From: Takakia lepidozioides
Lineage: Eukaryota; Plantae; Bryophyta
Assembly (NCBI GenBank): GCA_030704615.1
Contig: CM060731.1
Span: 1,922,001-1,986,000, forward strand
DNA: 64,000 bases
Direction of reading: 5' to 3'
The notes under the pieces are model-generated. The model was given only the letters and a program-made list of their open reading frames with translations, was not told where the DNA came from and did no database searches. Positions 1 to 12,724 of this stretch are shown here, piece by piece. A program made the translations under genes and the position numbers. Numbering within the stretch: the first letter of the stretch is position 1; each line of letters begins with the position of its first letter.

Positions 1-3000
1 CAAGGAAATTCCAGAGGCAACTATCACGGTAATCCAAGGGGGAATTACCAGCCCGGGAATCAGGATTACAGAAATAATCCAAGAGCAGACCAAGGGCGAG
101 GACCCAATGATGAAGAACTATGTTACTATTGTAATCAGCCAGGACATCGCAAGGCAAGCCTGTTCATTCTGGATTAGACACCAGAATGAGATGAGAGCTC
201 CTGTGAATGAGGGCCCAGTGGTGGCAGCTCACATGGTTAGGCCATGTGTTGTACCAGAAGTAAGTACAATGATAGTAACAAGAAGTAAAGCCAAACTAAT
301 ACCTCCAGTAGTAGAGGAAGAAGATGATAATGAAGGTGGCAGTGATATGCCGAAGATGATGAGGCTTGGAGAGATGAAAGGAACTGCACAAGGAAGTGGC
401 AGATACCATAAGGGAAATGCAGAAGAGTACTGATATTCCTGTGGCAGATTCCTCTGATTCTGATGGAGAAGAAGAAGTGAGCGAGGATGAAAGGAAGAAA
501 GAAGATGCAGACATGCAAAGTAATGAAGAGACTTTGGCTGAAGTAATATGCCAGACCAAAGCAGAGATTACCATTGGACAGCTATTGGCTGTGGCACCTT
601 ATTGTAGGCACAGGCTGTATCAAGCAATCAATCGAATTGCCCAGGAGACCGGAAACACAGACCTGAACAGCAAGGTGACCAGTTATACTGTGAAGCCGGA
701 AGGGCAAGAAACAGTCATGGACTTTGATGATTCTCTGCCAGTAATCCAATTGAGAATTGGAAGCACAGAACTAACTGATGTACTGATAGATGGAGGTTCT
801 GGAGTAAATATCATGACAGACCAATTAAGGAAGAAGCTTGGTCTAAGTAACATGAAACCAGCCCCATTTAGGGTATTCCATGACTGGAATTCTCAGTTAC
901 TAACCGTGCATAATGGGATACACGAGATACAAATTACCACAAAGAAATCTAGTAGATTACCTGCTACGAGAAGACCTCGAGGAGTCAGAGAGTATGACTA
1001 GAGATGAGGACTGGATGAGGAGCAGGAAGCTACCCTATTTGCTGCACACCCAGAGTGGGAGCAGGTTGCAGAGATGCGGCTGGAAAGCCTAAGTTGTTTA
1101 AGGGGTATCTGCTGTGGTGTAGTGTCAACAACACCGATTGAAGAGGAAACCAACAGTTACCCATCACATTTCTATGAAGAAAAAGAAGGAGAAATGGAAA
1201 TCCTAGAGGAACCAGCCACTGTGAGTTTACAGGATGAAGTGGTGACTGGTTGGACAATCACAGCTGATGAGCAAGTGAGGGAAGTGAATGTGGGAACTAA
1301 AGAGGAACCGAGGATGGTGAAGGTAGGAGCTGATTTGGAGCCAGAATTCTTTGAAGAAGCTAAGAGTTTGTTCATCAAATACAGAGATGTATTTGCTTGG
1401 AGCTATGAGGATTTAAAAGGGATACCACCTGAAATCTGTCAGCATAAGATTGAACTGGAACCGGGGTCAGTACCAATCAAGTAGGCAAGGTACAGAATGA
1501 ATCCCAACTACGCACAGAAGGTTGGAGAAGAGATCAAGAAGTTGGCTGAGGCTAAGTTTTATATACCCAATAGAGTATACAACTTGGTTGTACCCATTGT
1601 GATAGTTCCCAAGAAGAATGGTAAACTAAGAGTTTGTGTGAACTACAAGAAGCTGAATGCTTGTACGAAGAAAGATCCTTTCTCTTTGTCATTCACAGAA
1701 GCAGTATTAGACACTGTGGCAGGCCATGAGATGTACTCATTCATGGATGGCTTCAGTGGTTATAATCAAGTGCAAGTGGCAGAAGGAGACCAAGGAAAAA
1801 CAGCTTTCATCACAGACTGGGGTGCTTATGCATACAAAGTCATGCCCTTTGGACTTTGTAATGCACCAGCGACCTTTCAGAGAGTGATAAGTGAATCTTT
1901 TCATGAGTATCTGGATGATTTCATGCAGGTGTTCTTGGATGATTTCAGTGTGTACAACTCTAAGAATGAGCACTTGCATAAATTGGAGTTATGCTTGGCC
2001 GATGCAGGATGAGAGGTCTGGGCCTGAATCCAGAAGGTGTACTTTCTGTGTGAACTCAGGGGTGTTTCTGGGACACATTGTGTGTAAGAGGGGACTTCTT
2101 GTGGATCCCAGGAAAACAGAGGCCATTAAAGCCTCTCCACCACCAGTGAATGTTAAGAGTCTAAGGAGATTCCTTGGACAAACCAGTTATTACAGAAGAT
2201 TTTTCAGACGGTATGCACAGATAGCAGCACCATTGAGCAAACTTCTGAAGAAAGATGCAGTGTTTGCATGGACACCTGAATGTCAACAGGCTTTTGAGGA
2301 ACTTACATTGTCAATAACAACTACACCTGTGCTGATTAGTCCTCACTGGCAGAAAATATTTCATGTTCACTGTGATGCTTCTGGAGAAGCACTAGGAGCA
2401 GTGTTAGCCCCGAATGTTACAGGAAATATAGATTCACCTGTGTACTATGCTAGCAGGTTGATGAAAGTGCTGAAAGGAACTATAGCACAACTGAAAGAGA
2501 AGCACTGGCAATGATTTATGCAGTCAAGAAATTCAGGCATTACCTATTGGGAGAAAGTTTATGTTTTATGTGGATCACCAGGCTCTGATATATCTGGTGA
2601 ACAAACCTTTGATAAGTGGAGGATAGCGAGGTGGTTAATAATCTTGCATGAGTTTGAGTTCGAAGTTGTTTACAAGCCTGGCTGTTTGCATCTTGTGGCA
2701 GATCATTTGTCACGACTAACAACAGGAGAGGCCGCCACAGGAGTAGACGATCAGTTACCTGATGCGAGTTTATTTGTAATGGAGGTGTAAGGAAGTGCAG
2801 ATGAATGTGTAGATTGGCAGTGGCCAATCAGATACTACCTTGCTCATGGTCAGTGCCCACCAAGTTATGGAAGGGAGCAGAGAAAGAGAATTGCTATCAA
2901 GGCTCTACCTACAGTATGGTAGGGACAGAATGTATAAGCTAGGACAATGGAGTGCTGAAGCATGCTTATACCACCATGAAGTTAATAAAGTTTTGGGGAA

Positions 3001-4030
3001 GTTCATAAAGGAGTGGCAGGGGTCTTTTGGAGAAGAGACTAGCCTCAGGAAATACTACATGCAGGTTACTGGTGGCCTACTTTGTTCAAAGATGTACACA
3101 AGTATTGTCAGAGTTGTGATGAATGTCAGAGGCTGGGACCTTTGCAGAGATCTGGGAAAATGTCTTTGCATCCTACAATGCCTACGGAACCATTTCAGAA
3201 ATGGGGACTAGACTTTGTTGGACCAATTAACCCACCAGCCAAGAATACACAGAACAGGTACATAATTACAGCCACTGATTATACTACGAAGTGGGTGGAA
3301 GCTAAAGCTTTGAGGGACAACACAGCCAAGTCCACAGCAAGGTTTCTGTATGAGAACATACTTACACGATTTGGCTGTCCCTTGGAATTTATCAGTGATC
3401 AAGGAAGTCACTTCATTAATGAGACCATTGAATTGTTGACTAAAGAGTTCATGATTGTGCATAGGAAGAGTACAACATATTACCCACAGGGTAATGGGCA
3501 GGCAGAGGCTACCAACAAAATACTATGTACTATCTTGGCTAAGATAGTCAATGCAAACAGAACGGATTGGGATACAAAGCTGCTGACAGCTTTGTGGTCA
3601 TACAGGACTTCATATAAAGTCACCACTAAGTATACACCATTCCAATTAGTTTATGGTATGGAAGCCTTACTTCCAGTGGAATTCCTGTTACCTACCATGA
3701 GAACGGAATGGGGAAAGAATGGAATTGCAAGATTCCATTAAAGTCAGGAAACATGAATTATACCATGTGGAAGAAGTACGTGCTGATGCAGCTGATAATA
3801 TGACCAGAATTCAGATGAAGAGGAAGGAACAGTTTGATGAAGGCAAGTTAAAGACTTTTAAGACGGGAGATTTGGTTCTATGGTTGCAGAAGAAGGAAAG
3901 ATTAAAGCTTCTAAGCTTAAATCACCATGGAAAGGACCTTATGTCATACAAAAGATGTATGATAACAACACCGCCATGTTACAAACCATTAACAAAGAGA
4001 TGCTGGGAAGAGTCAATGCAATAAGTTGAA
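1..4030 (+). pseudogene. gag-pol polyprotein, frameshifted
   Basis: CYYCNQPGH knuckle (~121-150); protease VLIDGGSGVN; RT KKNGKLRVCV / DGFSGYNQV / MPFGLCNAPATFQR / FLDD; RNase H HCDASGEALGAVL; integrase CQSCDECQR, GLDFVGP, SDQGSHF, NGQAEATNK; WKGPY at ~3928. Confidence 0.92.
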
Positions 4031-4169
4031 GGGGTACAGTGGTATCCATGACAAACCATTGCAGCATGATTTGCATGTTGAAAAAGCAAAAGCAGTCACG
4101 GGCTGCGCCAGTGTTACCAACGGAGTATGGAGCACTTGTCGCTAGGCCGAGCATATATGACCGGCGGGC

Positions 4170-4380
4170 AGAACAAGCGAGACACAGCCTATCACAACCC
4201 ATTGACACAGCATACACAGCCCAGCACGGCGCAACACAGGCACCACAGCCTATCACAGCACCACAGCCTATCACAACCTACCACAGTGCATCACAGCCTA
4301 TCACAGCTTACCACAGTATCACAGCCTATCACGGCATACCACAGTATGACACAGCCTATCACAGCTTAACACAGCCTACT
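4170..4380 (+). repeat. Degenerate CACAGC-based minisatellite between pol and the extra ORF
   Basis: Repeated cacagcctatcacagc units. Confidence 0.85.
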
Positions 4381-4866
4381 AGGGTTACACAATCCATAGA
4401 ATCAGTGACAGTGGACGCAGGATAACTTCAGTGAAATGGCCGGCGGAAGAAAGACGGAAGCCAGTTTACAAAGGGACACGTGGAAGTCAGGCGCCACACA
4501 CAGCTGAGAAGGAAGTGCAAGAACGGATGTCATCAAGAAAGGGGACAAGAATGGCCGTCAAAATACCTATCAGTGCGTCAATTGGATGAATGGCGGGCCC
4601 ATTAATGAATACAGAAAAGGGGCAACAGAACAAACGGCAAGTACAGAAAAGCGAAATTCTTGTCACATGTGTTATCCTAGTGGACAGTCCAGCAGGGAAA
4701 GTCCACTAAAGAAAATTAAATCTAAAATCCAGTCACAGCGGTTACAGCCAATAGAAAGCCAGAGAAGGGATCAAGAAATTGGAGGGAAATTAAGCGCAAG
4801 AGTCGGCGTCGTTCTGAGTAACGGGCGTCTCGACGGGACAAACCATCAATGCTATAGCTTTGAAGC

Positions 4867-7800
4867 TATGGAGGAACTAACAGACTATACGCTCGCAATA
4901 TTACTTACGCAGTGGCATAGGGACGAAACAACAGAGCGGATCTTTTCTCTTGAGCGATGCTTGCAAGCCCCGCAGGCTTACAAGAAATTACCCATAGCTT
5001 TTTGTGGCAACCATACGTTTATGCTTTGTGCACTACAGGCATTTCTTCAGTTGTTACAGCCAAAACATTTCTGTGGGTCTAGAATGAAGAGAGTGAGAGG
5101 AATGGAGGAAATCAGGGTGAAGAGCACCACAATTCTGCAGAAACAAACGATTGCTACCCCACAGGCGATACAGATACTGAAGGAGCTGAGATTGCAAAGG
5201 ATTGCAAAGCAAAGATTGGACATTGCACCATAGACAGTACATGTTACAATTCTTGCAGAACTTTGAGCCAAGGACAGGAGCAACAACGGTGAAGGGAGTT
5301 GAATTAGTAATTACTCCCCTATACCTCCAGCAATTGTTTCGATTGCCAGCAGGCCAGGTGCATGTGGAGGAGCACAGGGCAAGACTGCAAATAGGGGACT
5401 TATTCCAAGAAGGGAGTTTCTTTAAAACTCAGGGTTATGCTTGTACCAAGGCGTGTACCCAGGGCTAAAGGAGGTAGGCCAGGTATTGAACGTTCTGTTT
5501 GCCATGAAACAGAACCAACAGTATTTGAGCAGATCCTTCACAGAGGAAATACTCAAAGCCCTGAGAGGAGAAGAGGTAGAATGGGCGGACATAATGTACA
5601 ACGCACTGGTAGAGGAGATGAAAAGATTACAGGGTACTGCCGCAAAGTCTCCTATCATAGTGTCTGGCCCAATCATTGCTCAAATAATTCTTGATTCTGG
5701 CATACTTGATGCGCGAGAAAGAAAGGAGATGGAGTGTTTGAGCCAGAAACCACTGCAATGGAAGAGCAAGGCTCTTCACACAGTGAGGGTGGACTGGCAG
5801 GGCAACCCGAGAATAAGAGACAGAGGCGGGGAAAGACTGTAGTGGCGGATCCACTGGCTTCACGGAATCCGCATGATAATGTTTCCCAAGTTTTTGTGCA
5901 GGAAGGGGCACAGCACAGAGAACTGCTATTACTGGAAGCAGGACCCGACTTCAGAGAGGAAGAGGAAGTTACTTCAGTATCACAGCCATCACAGCCGAGG
6001 ATCGGCTTGTCACAAGGTTACCACAAGTTGTCCATGCAGTTCAACCAGAAATAATTGATTTAGAAAAAGAAGGGTTAGATATTCCCACTACAGAACAGGT
6101 GGTGGCAGAAATAGAGAAGGGGGGACCTTCTCTATGAATATTCTGGTATGGTCAAGGACACAGTGATTCCGAAGGTGCAACAATTGTCCAAGGGAAACCC
6201 TGCGGCACATATAATACACACACCTGTGACGGAGGTACCACAGGTAGAATGCCAAGACACTGCAGCACCAGTGACGGATGAAGTGGTTCAGGAAGAAAAT
6301 CTGGTGGGGCAATGGCCTGAATGGTTCGTAAGGCATCACACTGTTGAGGAGCAGGGAGAACAGCAGCAAGCTCACCATGATGACCCTCAACAGGCTATGC
6401 TTATGAGTTCCATAAGCAGGATACTGAATTTGTTGGGTACTTATGTCAAATCCCATGTTCCCACTACTCAATTGGCAGCTTTGAGGGAGGAACTCAGGCA
6501 AGAGTTTGAGGCTCGACTTGCCACAGAGTGTGCAAACAAGGTCGATGAGAGGGTCACTCTCAAAATGCAGCAAAACTTGGAGAGTACAGAAGCGGCTTTG
6601 CAATTGGCCAAGGAACAATTGATTGAGGCAGGCCTCGCACAAGAACACTTGCACGAAGCACATAAGCAACAGCTATACCAAATGCAGGTGAAGCATGAAA
6701 GCAAGTTGCAAGAAGTGAATGCACTACATATGGAGTTGCAGACAGTGCATGACAAGATGGCCATACAATGTGCTACACTCACAACTATGCTTGACCAATC
6801 AACAAAAGAAATAAACAGTCAAGCGGAAAAATGTACGAAGGCAGAAGAAGAGAATGTTGAGCAAATGAAACTCATTGTCGATATGAAGAATACAATCTGC
6901 GCAATGAGGATACTTTCAAGCAATACAGGCAGGTTGAAGCTGACCAAGAGAAGCACATCCTGGAGTTGCAACAAACGGTCATGACCAATAGAAATGAAAT
7001 CTCGGTCACTAACAAGGCTTGGAAGGAAGCCAATAATCTGCTTGCTGCTTATGCGAATTGGGTTGAACCTCATGCAAAGCGCATGGAGGCTTTACAACAG
7101 CAGTTAGATGTGTACAAACTCAGAGAGGAGCACACTCTCAGAGGAACCGCAAGCAACTTGGTGGATAACCACCTTATGCAGGTCTAGTTAGCACAAGGGC
7201 GAGTGGAGGGCAAAGCACCACGAAAGCTCACCCAAAGCGAGATGAATGAGCTCAGACTGCAAGTGCAGAACATTGCCACAACTACTATAGACAATGTCTA
7301 TAGTAGGATTGCGGAGTTACAGGAGGATGTAGACGGACTGCAGACTCAAGTGAAAGACCTAACTTCAGATATTGACAAAAGAGTCTATATACCTGAGGAA
7401 CAGCTAATGGCTTCTTATTTACAAGCCAGAACTATGGCTTTTCAATCTTCTTCACAGCAGGTGCAGGAGATGCCAATGATACAAGAGCCAATGCCACCAA
7501 CACCACAACAAGTCACTGTGCCAATAGCTGACCCTGTTGTTACTACAGCCACGCCACAGCCACCACAGCCTGACATATGGGGCAATGCTGCTTTTAACCC
7601 ACCTAAAACTCTAGCTGCAAGGGAGTACAGTAGGGCTATAATTATGCCCTTCAACCAAAGTCCCATTGTGTTGGATTTGGTTTGGAAAGAATTTAGTCCT
7701 CCGCAGTCATTCGCACATTACTATCAAATCATGTGCATATGGCTGCCAGTGGCAACTAGGACTAAAGTTCTTCCGAACAATCGACCAATTGAGGATCATC

Positions 7801-8638
7801 ACTTTGCACAGTACTGGCATGAGGCAGGTACCATGTTGAAGGAATTAATTGCTTTCCAAGTTGTACATGGATTCATTTATACCAAGACCAAGGAGGTAGC
7901 AAGTATTGTCATGGGATGCGGGTTATACTACGCTGCTTGTTTTCTGGTACGTTATCACATTGAGCAGCACAAGATGCAATCGCGCTTTCTGAGTTATTTC
8001 AGTGGGGATCATTGGGTCTTACCTTCAGTGCCACCTCATATGTACTTATATGAGGCAAAAGTTATGATACAAAAGGATTCTCAAATTCGTTCATGGTTTC
8101 ATGCGGCCTGGAACAATTTGTCAACACAGAAATTCGGCATTGATGATATTTTCTATAAGGGACACGTGCATGGAAATACTTGCACAATTCACAAGTCATT
8201 GGTACCCCACTCACCTGGACAGAAAAGGAGCTCAGGGTCTTCACCAATTTTGCCATTCAGCGTTTACAGCAAGTTTCAAAATATAAACTTCTAGACATGG
8301 TAGGACAACATTGTATGCCCCAGAGGATTCCACAAAAAGTTCGACAATTAAAACACCTGAGAGGCGATGAGGATTCTGATACAACTGTTTCTTCAGCAGA
8401 CTCTTTTGACATGGGAGAAGACTATGCAATTCAGATGGCAGAAAAGAAGCGACGGGGGTCTCCTATGCCTGAAAGGTTACCTCGATATCAGCCTCCAGAG
8501 GGCCTCACATATCCAGGTAGTGTTCAATCATCTCCGTCAACCAGTGACAGACCTCGGGCTCGTACACACAGTCCGCCACGAAACTCTCAACGTCAGAAAG
8601 GTGCTCGCTCACAAAGGATTGCTAATCCCAATCAGTAA
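4867..8638 (+). pseudogene. Extra retrotransposon ORF (Athila env-like / plant-transposon-protein-like N-terminus, long coiled coil), frameshifted
   Basis: Chain of same-strand ORF pieces between INT and PPT; MLQFLQNF...TVKGVELVIT...LFRLP resembles Athila/Tat extra-ORF domains; heptad Q/E/L-rich 6400-7400; a homologous fragment sits at 50.8-51.7 kb. Confidence 0.6.
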
Positions 8639-8659
8639 ATCGTGAGGACACGGTTTTTT

Positions 8660-8673
8660 GAGAGGGGAAGAGG
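8660..8673 (+). other. Polypurine tract of gypsy element 1
   Basis: gagaggggaagagg 3 nt upstream of TGTT. Confidence 0.8.
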
Positions 8674-8676
8674 TAA

Positions 8677-9691
8677 TGTTAGAGGACTGTCTGGGACTTA
8701 GACACTTATACGGGATCTGTGGGGTACCCTTAATTTTTGCACAGACTGAGACCAACAGGAGCCTTAGGGGTGACAGCAGCGCACTTTAGGGGGGGGTGAC
8801 ACAGCCCGTCACAGCCAACGCAGCCAACACAGCCAGACACAGTCAACACAGCCCGTCACAGCCAACACAGCCAGACACAGCCAGACACAGTCAACACAGC
8901 TCGTCACAGCCGACACAGCCCATCACAGCCAACACAGCCCGTCACAGCCCGTCACAGTTTCACACAGCCAGTCACAGCTTGACACAGCTGTCACGACCAT
9001 AGGGAACGGATAGCCGGACAGGGAACGACTGTGGGGAACAACACCTGCGAATGGAACATGTTAGTTCACAGACGACGGTTAGTGAGGGAAACGGTTAGAA
9101 CAACGGGTAGGAAGATAAAGCTAGAAGCAAGGACTGAAAGGGGGATCATTTTTTTTGAGCACTTTGGGGGGGGGGAATCACTGCTGGAAGGAGTGGGAAG
9201 GAGCACTTCTTGGAGAGACTTCGGACATCACTGGGGGAAAGAAGGAGAGAGTGTATCTCTGAGCAGAAAGATGGAGAGCACGGAATAGGAGGAGGATCTG
9301 TTGATGCTTAATGAATGCAGGCAGTAGAATTGTAATGTAGAGCAGATTAGAGACTCCATGGCTTCAGCCTGATACTTGATAGATATTAATTTGATACACA
9401 CCTCATACTCACACTGTGTAGAGAGATCTGAGTGAAGCTGTGGAATGAATTGATGAGTTGATGGAATCCGATAAATTGATGAAGCAAACTGATACTTAAT
9501 TACCAGCAGTAAGGTAACTAGCTAACATGAATGCGGGAAGGAAAACAAATAGGAAACACCCCCATGATACACTAGCTGTAGGTCATGACTGATTGTTCTG
9601 AGCGGGCTGAGTACTTAGAGATTTCCAACTCTTCTATCTTGGAGTTTCCGCCTCGGATAGCGAGGGATGGGTGAGTAAAAGCCGCGCGACA
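8677..9691 (+). repeat. 3' LTR of gypsy element 1 (internal CACAGC repeats ~8795-9000)
   Basis: Starts TGTT after PPT, ends GACA where unrelated coding sequence begins abruptly. Confidence 0.75.
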
Positions 9692-10240
9692 TTCCTCTTA
9701 TGGGGGATTCTCAGGCCAGGGTGATGGCCAGTGTGCATCAGGTGCGGTCTTGGATTGGATTGGCGGTGCTATTGGATGCAGCAGCGGTGGGATCACGGGC
9801 ACATAGGCCTAGGTTGTGGTGGACCAATCTTGCACCACCAGAGTTGCTCAAGAGAGCATACAATTCAACGACCACCCAATCTCACGGTTGAGAACATTTT
9901 GGACCAAGGGAGGCAACCACAAAGGGTGCGACATGATGACCGTCCACCTTTGGCGGTGGTCAATCGAGTGGGGCAGCCACGTATGGCCTTGCCTACGCTC
10001 ATGAGCTTTCCCTCGTCTCATGCTTTTTGAGACAATGGTCCTGGGTTGATTTGAGACAGTGTGCTACAACAATTGGTGGAGCCCAATGCGGATGAGCGCG
10101 AGCAGACAATGGGGTTTGCCACGGGCACTACAGTTGTGCTAGCTCTATCAGAGGCATCACGACGCCAGGTTTTGGGTCAGGCAATGGATCTCAATTGCTT
10201 GACATGGGTCATTGGCTTGTGCATGGCTGAGCAATGGAGA
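9692..10240 (+). pseudogene. C-terminal half of a DNMT3-like C5-cytosine DNA methyltransferase domain
   Basis: VLLDAAAVGSRAHRPRLWWTNL resembles DNMT3 motif VIII (IDAKEVSAAHRARYFWGNL); EPNADEREQTMGF...SEASRRQVLGQAMD resembles motifs IX-X (EMERVFGF...ARQRLLGRSW). Confidence 0.8.
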
Positions 10241-10699
10241 TTGCAAGCATTGGTGGCTACTTCTGCACTTCCATTGGATATTGCACCATCTTTGCCAACC
10301 GGGACGGTGGAGGCAGTGAGTGGGGGCGAGCACAGGATCATGGGGTGCAAACACCCATGGCAGATGTGGGATGAGATACGCAAAGAGAGAGTCATTGGAT
10401 CTCTCAAGAAGCAGTATGAGGAGTGGGGAGAGCCATACACTGAGGATCAGTTGGAGGCCAAGGTGGCTAAGGTTTTTGAAGAGGTTGAGAATGTTTCTTG
10501 CTTAGAGGATGTTCTCAAGGTGGCTATGGTGGAGCAAGTAGAGGCTACGCCACAGTCAGGGTGGGCGGACAAGGCCCAAGAGGTTGCTATTTAGCAACCA
10601 AAGGATGCGTCTCCTACCTCCAAGCCCAGTATACCCAAGGTTGCAGTCACTGAGGACAATTGGGAACCAGATGTTGGACCTACAGTCACCAGAGGAGAG

Positions 10700-11612
10700 A
10701 GACGGAGGATCCAGCGATTTCTAAGGGCTTATAGAAATTGCTTTGCGTTTGGTTTGAAGGATTTGGGGAGTTTGAAGGGCCAGCAGATTCGTATTGATTT
10801 GGCAAATGATACGCCAATTTTTCGAAGGCCCTACAGGTATAGTGACATGGAGAGGTCTTTGATCAAGTCACGGACTATGGAGTTGTTCAAAGCTGGATTG
10901 GTGGAGTTGTCAGGCGGGGAATATGCCTCGGCAACGGTGATGCCAGCTAAGAAGGATATCTATGGCAATTGGACAGAAAGAAGGATATGTGGGGACTATC
11001 GTCCTGTGAACCGTCAGACTAAGTCCGATAGATATGTCATGCCAACTCCAGAGGAAATCTTTGATGCCATTGGGCATGCGAAGTGTTTTAGCACATTAGA
11101 CTTGCGATCCGGTTACCACCAGTTGCCAATCAAAGCCTGCTGACAAGCAAAAGACGGCATTCTGGGGGATTGACTACCATGGGAAGGATTGCTTGTACCA
11201 ATGGCGGTTCCTACCGTTTGGGTTGAAGAATGCTCCTACAGAGTTTCAGAGGGTTATGGATAGGATTCTCGCACGGCTAGACTTTGCCCGGTGCTACATT
11301 GATGATATCAAAGTCTTTAGTGCTATAGTTGAGGAGCATGAGAGACACCTTCAGGTGGTATTTGAGTGCTTGAGAGTGCACGGGGTGAAATTACACCTTG
11401 GGAAGTGCAAGTTCTTCCATAGCCGGATTGAGTATTTGGGCCACATGATATACCCTGGAGGATTGGGTGTTCAAAAGACGAAGGTGGAGGTCATTGCACG
11501 CACTCCACGCCCCATAGATGTTAGCAGAGTTTGTGCTTTCATGGGGTTGGCAAACTACTATCGACGGTTTGTCAAACGATTTAGCAGCATTGAAAGGCTC
11601 TTACCAAGTTGA
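10700..11612 (+). pseudogene. Reverse transcriptase and connection domain of DNMT-gypsy
   Basis: RICGDYRPVN, LDLRSGYHQ, PFGLKNAPTEFQR, YIDD, GLANYYRRFV; internal stops. Confidence 0.92.
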
Positions 11613-11619
11613 CCAAGGT

Positions 11620-11924
<305 letters not shown>

Positions 11925-12182
11925 TGGGCATGACAATGGTGTAGTTGACAAGTGACCCAAGGTCTAGCTGGTAGGAGCTCAACGCCATGGATACTCAATT
12001 GAAGATCATGGATTGCAAGCAGGTGACTAACGATAGGGCTCTCGTTGCACCCGGCATCTTGATCCATATACTTTAGAAAATTGGGAGATGTGCGATTGAA
12101 GACCAAGCGATGATCTTATTGAGATGGATACTTGTCAGCTATCTGGTGTTAGAGGGACCTAATCACCAGCTGGGGGGGCGAT

Positions 12183-12637
12183 TGTGGCATAGTTTTCTAC
12201 GATTATGTGGTTAGAATGTATGGTAGACAATGATGTATGTTGTGGCACGATGCTTAGGTGCATGACAGCTGTCATGGTTTTAGTCATGGTTAACTAGAAT
12301 TACCTACTTCTAGTTAACTAGGACATTTTGGATATTTATATTTGTATTTTATGTGTTGGGACTTCATTTGGTCTCATATGCCAAGTGAGGTGTCAAACCT
12401 CACTTGGGACATGGGGATGGGTTTTCCCTTTGTGAGTGTTGAGGAGGGCTCATCTTCTTGTAGTTGAGCCTCCATGAGCCTCTCCCACCTCCATAGCTCT
12501 AGGTATTGAGAATGAGTGTGGTGAGGGCTTTGTAGGGTGGATTCCTTTAGCAAAGGTGCCCTTGGCTTGACTTAGTTTATGTGATTGAGTGGATTCATGA
12601 GTGGAGTGTTTCCATTGTGTTCACTTTCATTATCACA
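12183..12637 (+). repeat. 3' LTR of DNMT-gypsy
   Basis: TGTG...CACA ends after a G-rich PPT; the first ~85 bp recur at 12639-12723. Confidence 0.75.
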
Positions 12638-12724
12638 TTGTGGCATAGTTTTCTAAGATTGTGTGCTTAGAATGTATGGTAGACAGCGATGTATGTTGTG
12701 GCACGATGCTTAGGTGCACGACAA

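Larger units (their letters stand above)
1..9691 (+). mobile_element. Ty3/gypsy LTR retrotransposon (non-chromoviral, Athila/Tat-like), 5' end outside window
   Basis: Gag zinc knuckle-PR-RT-RH-INT order, extra downstream ORF, polypurine tract and TG...CA 3' LTR. Confidence 0.9.
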
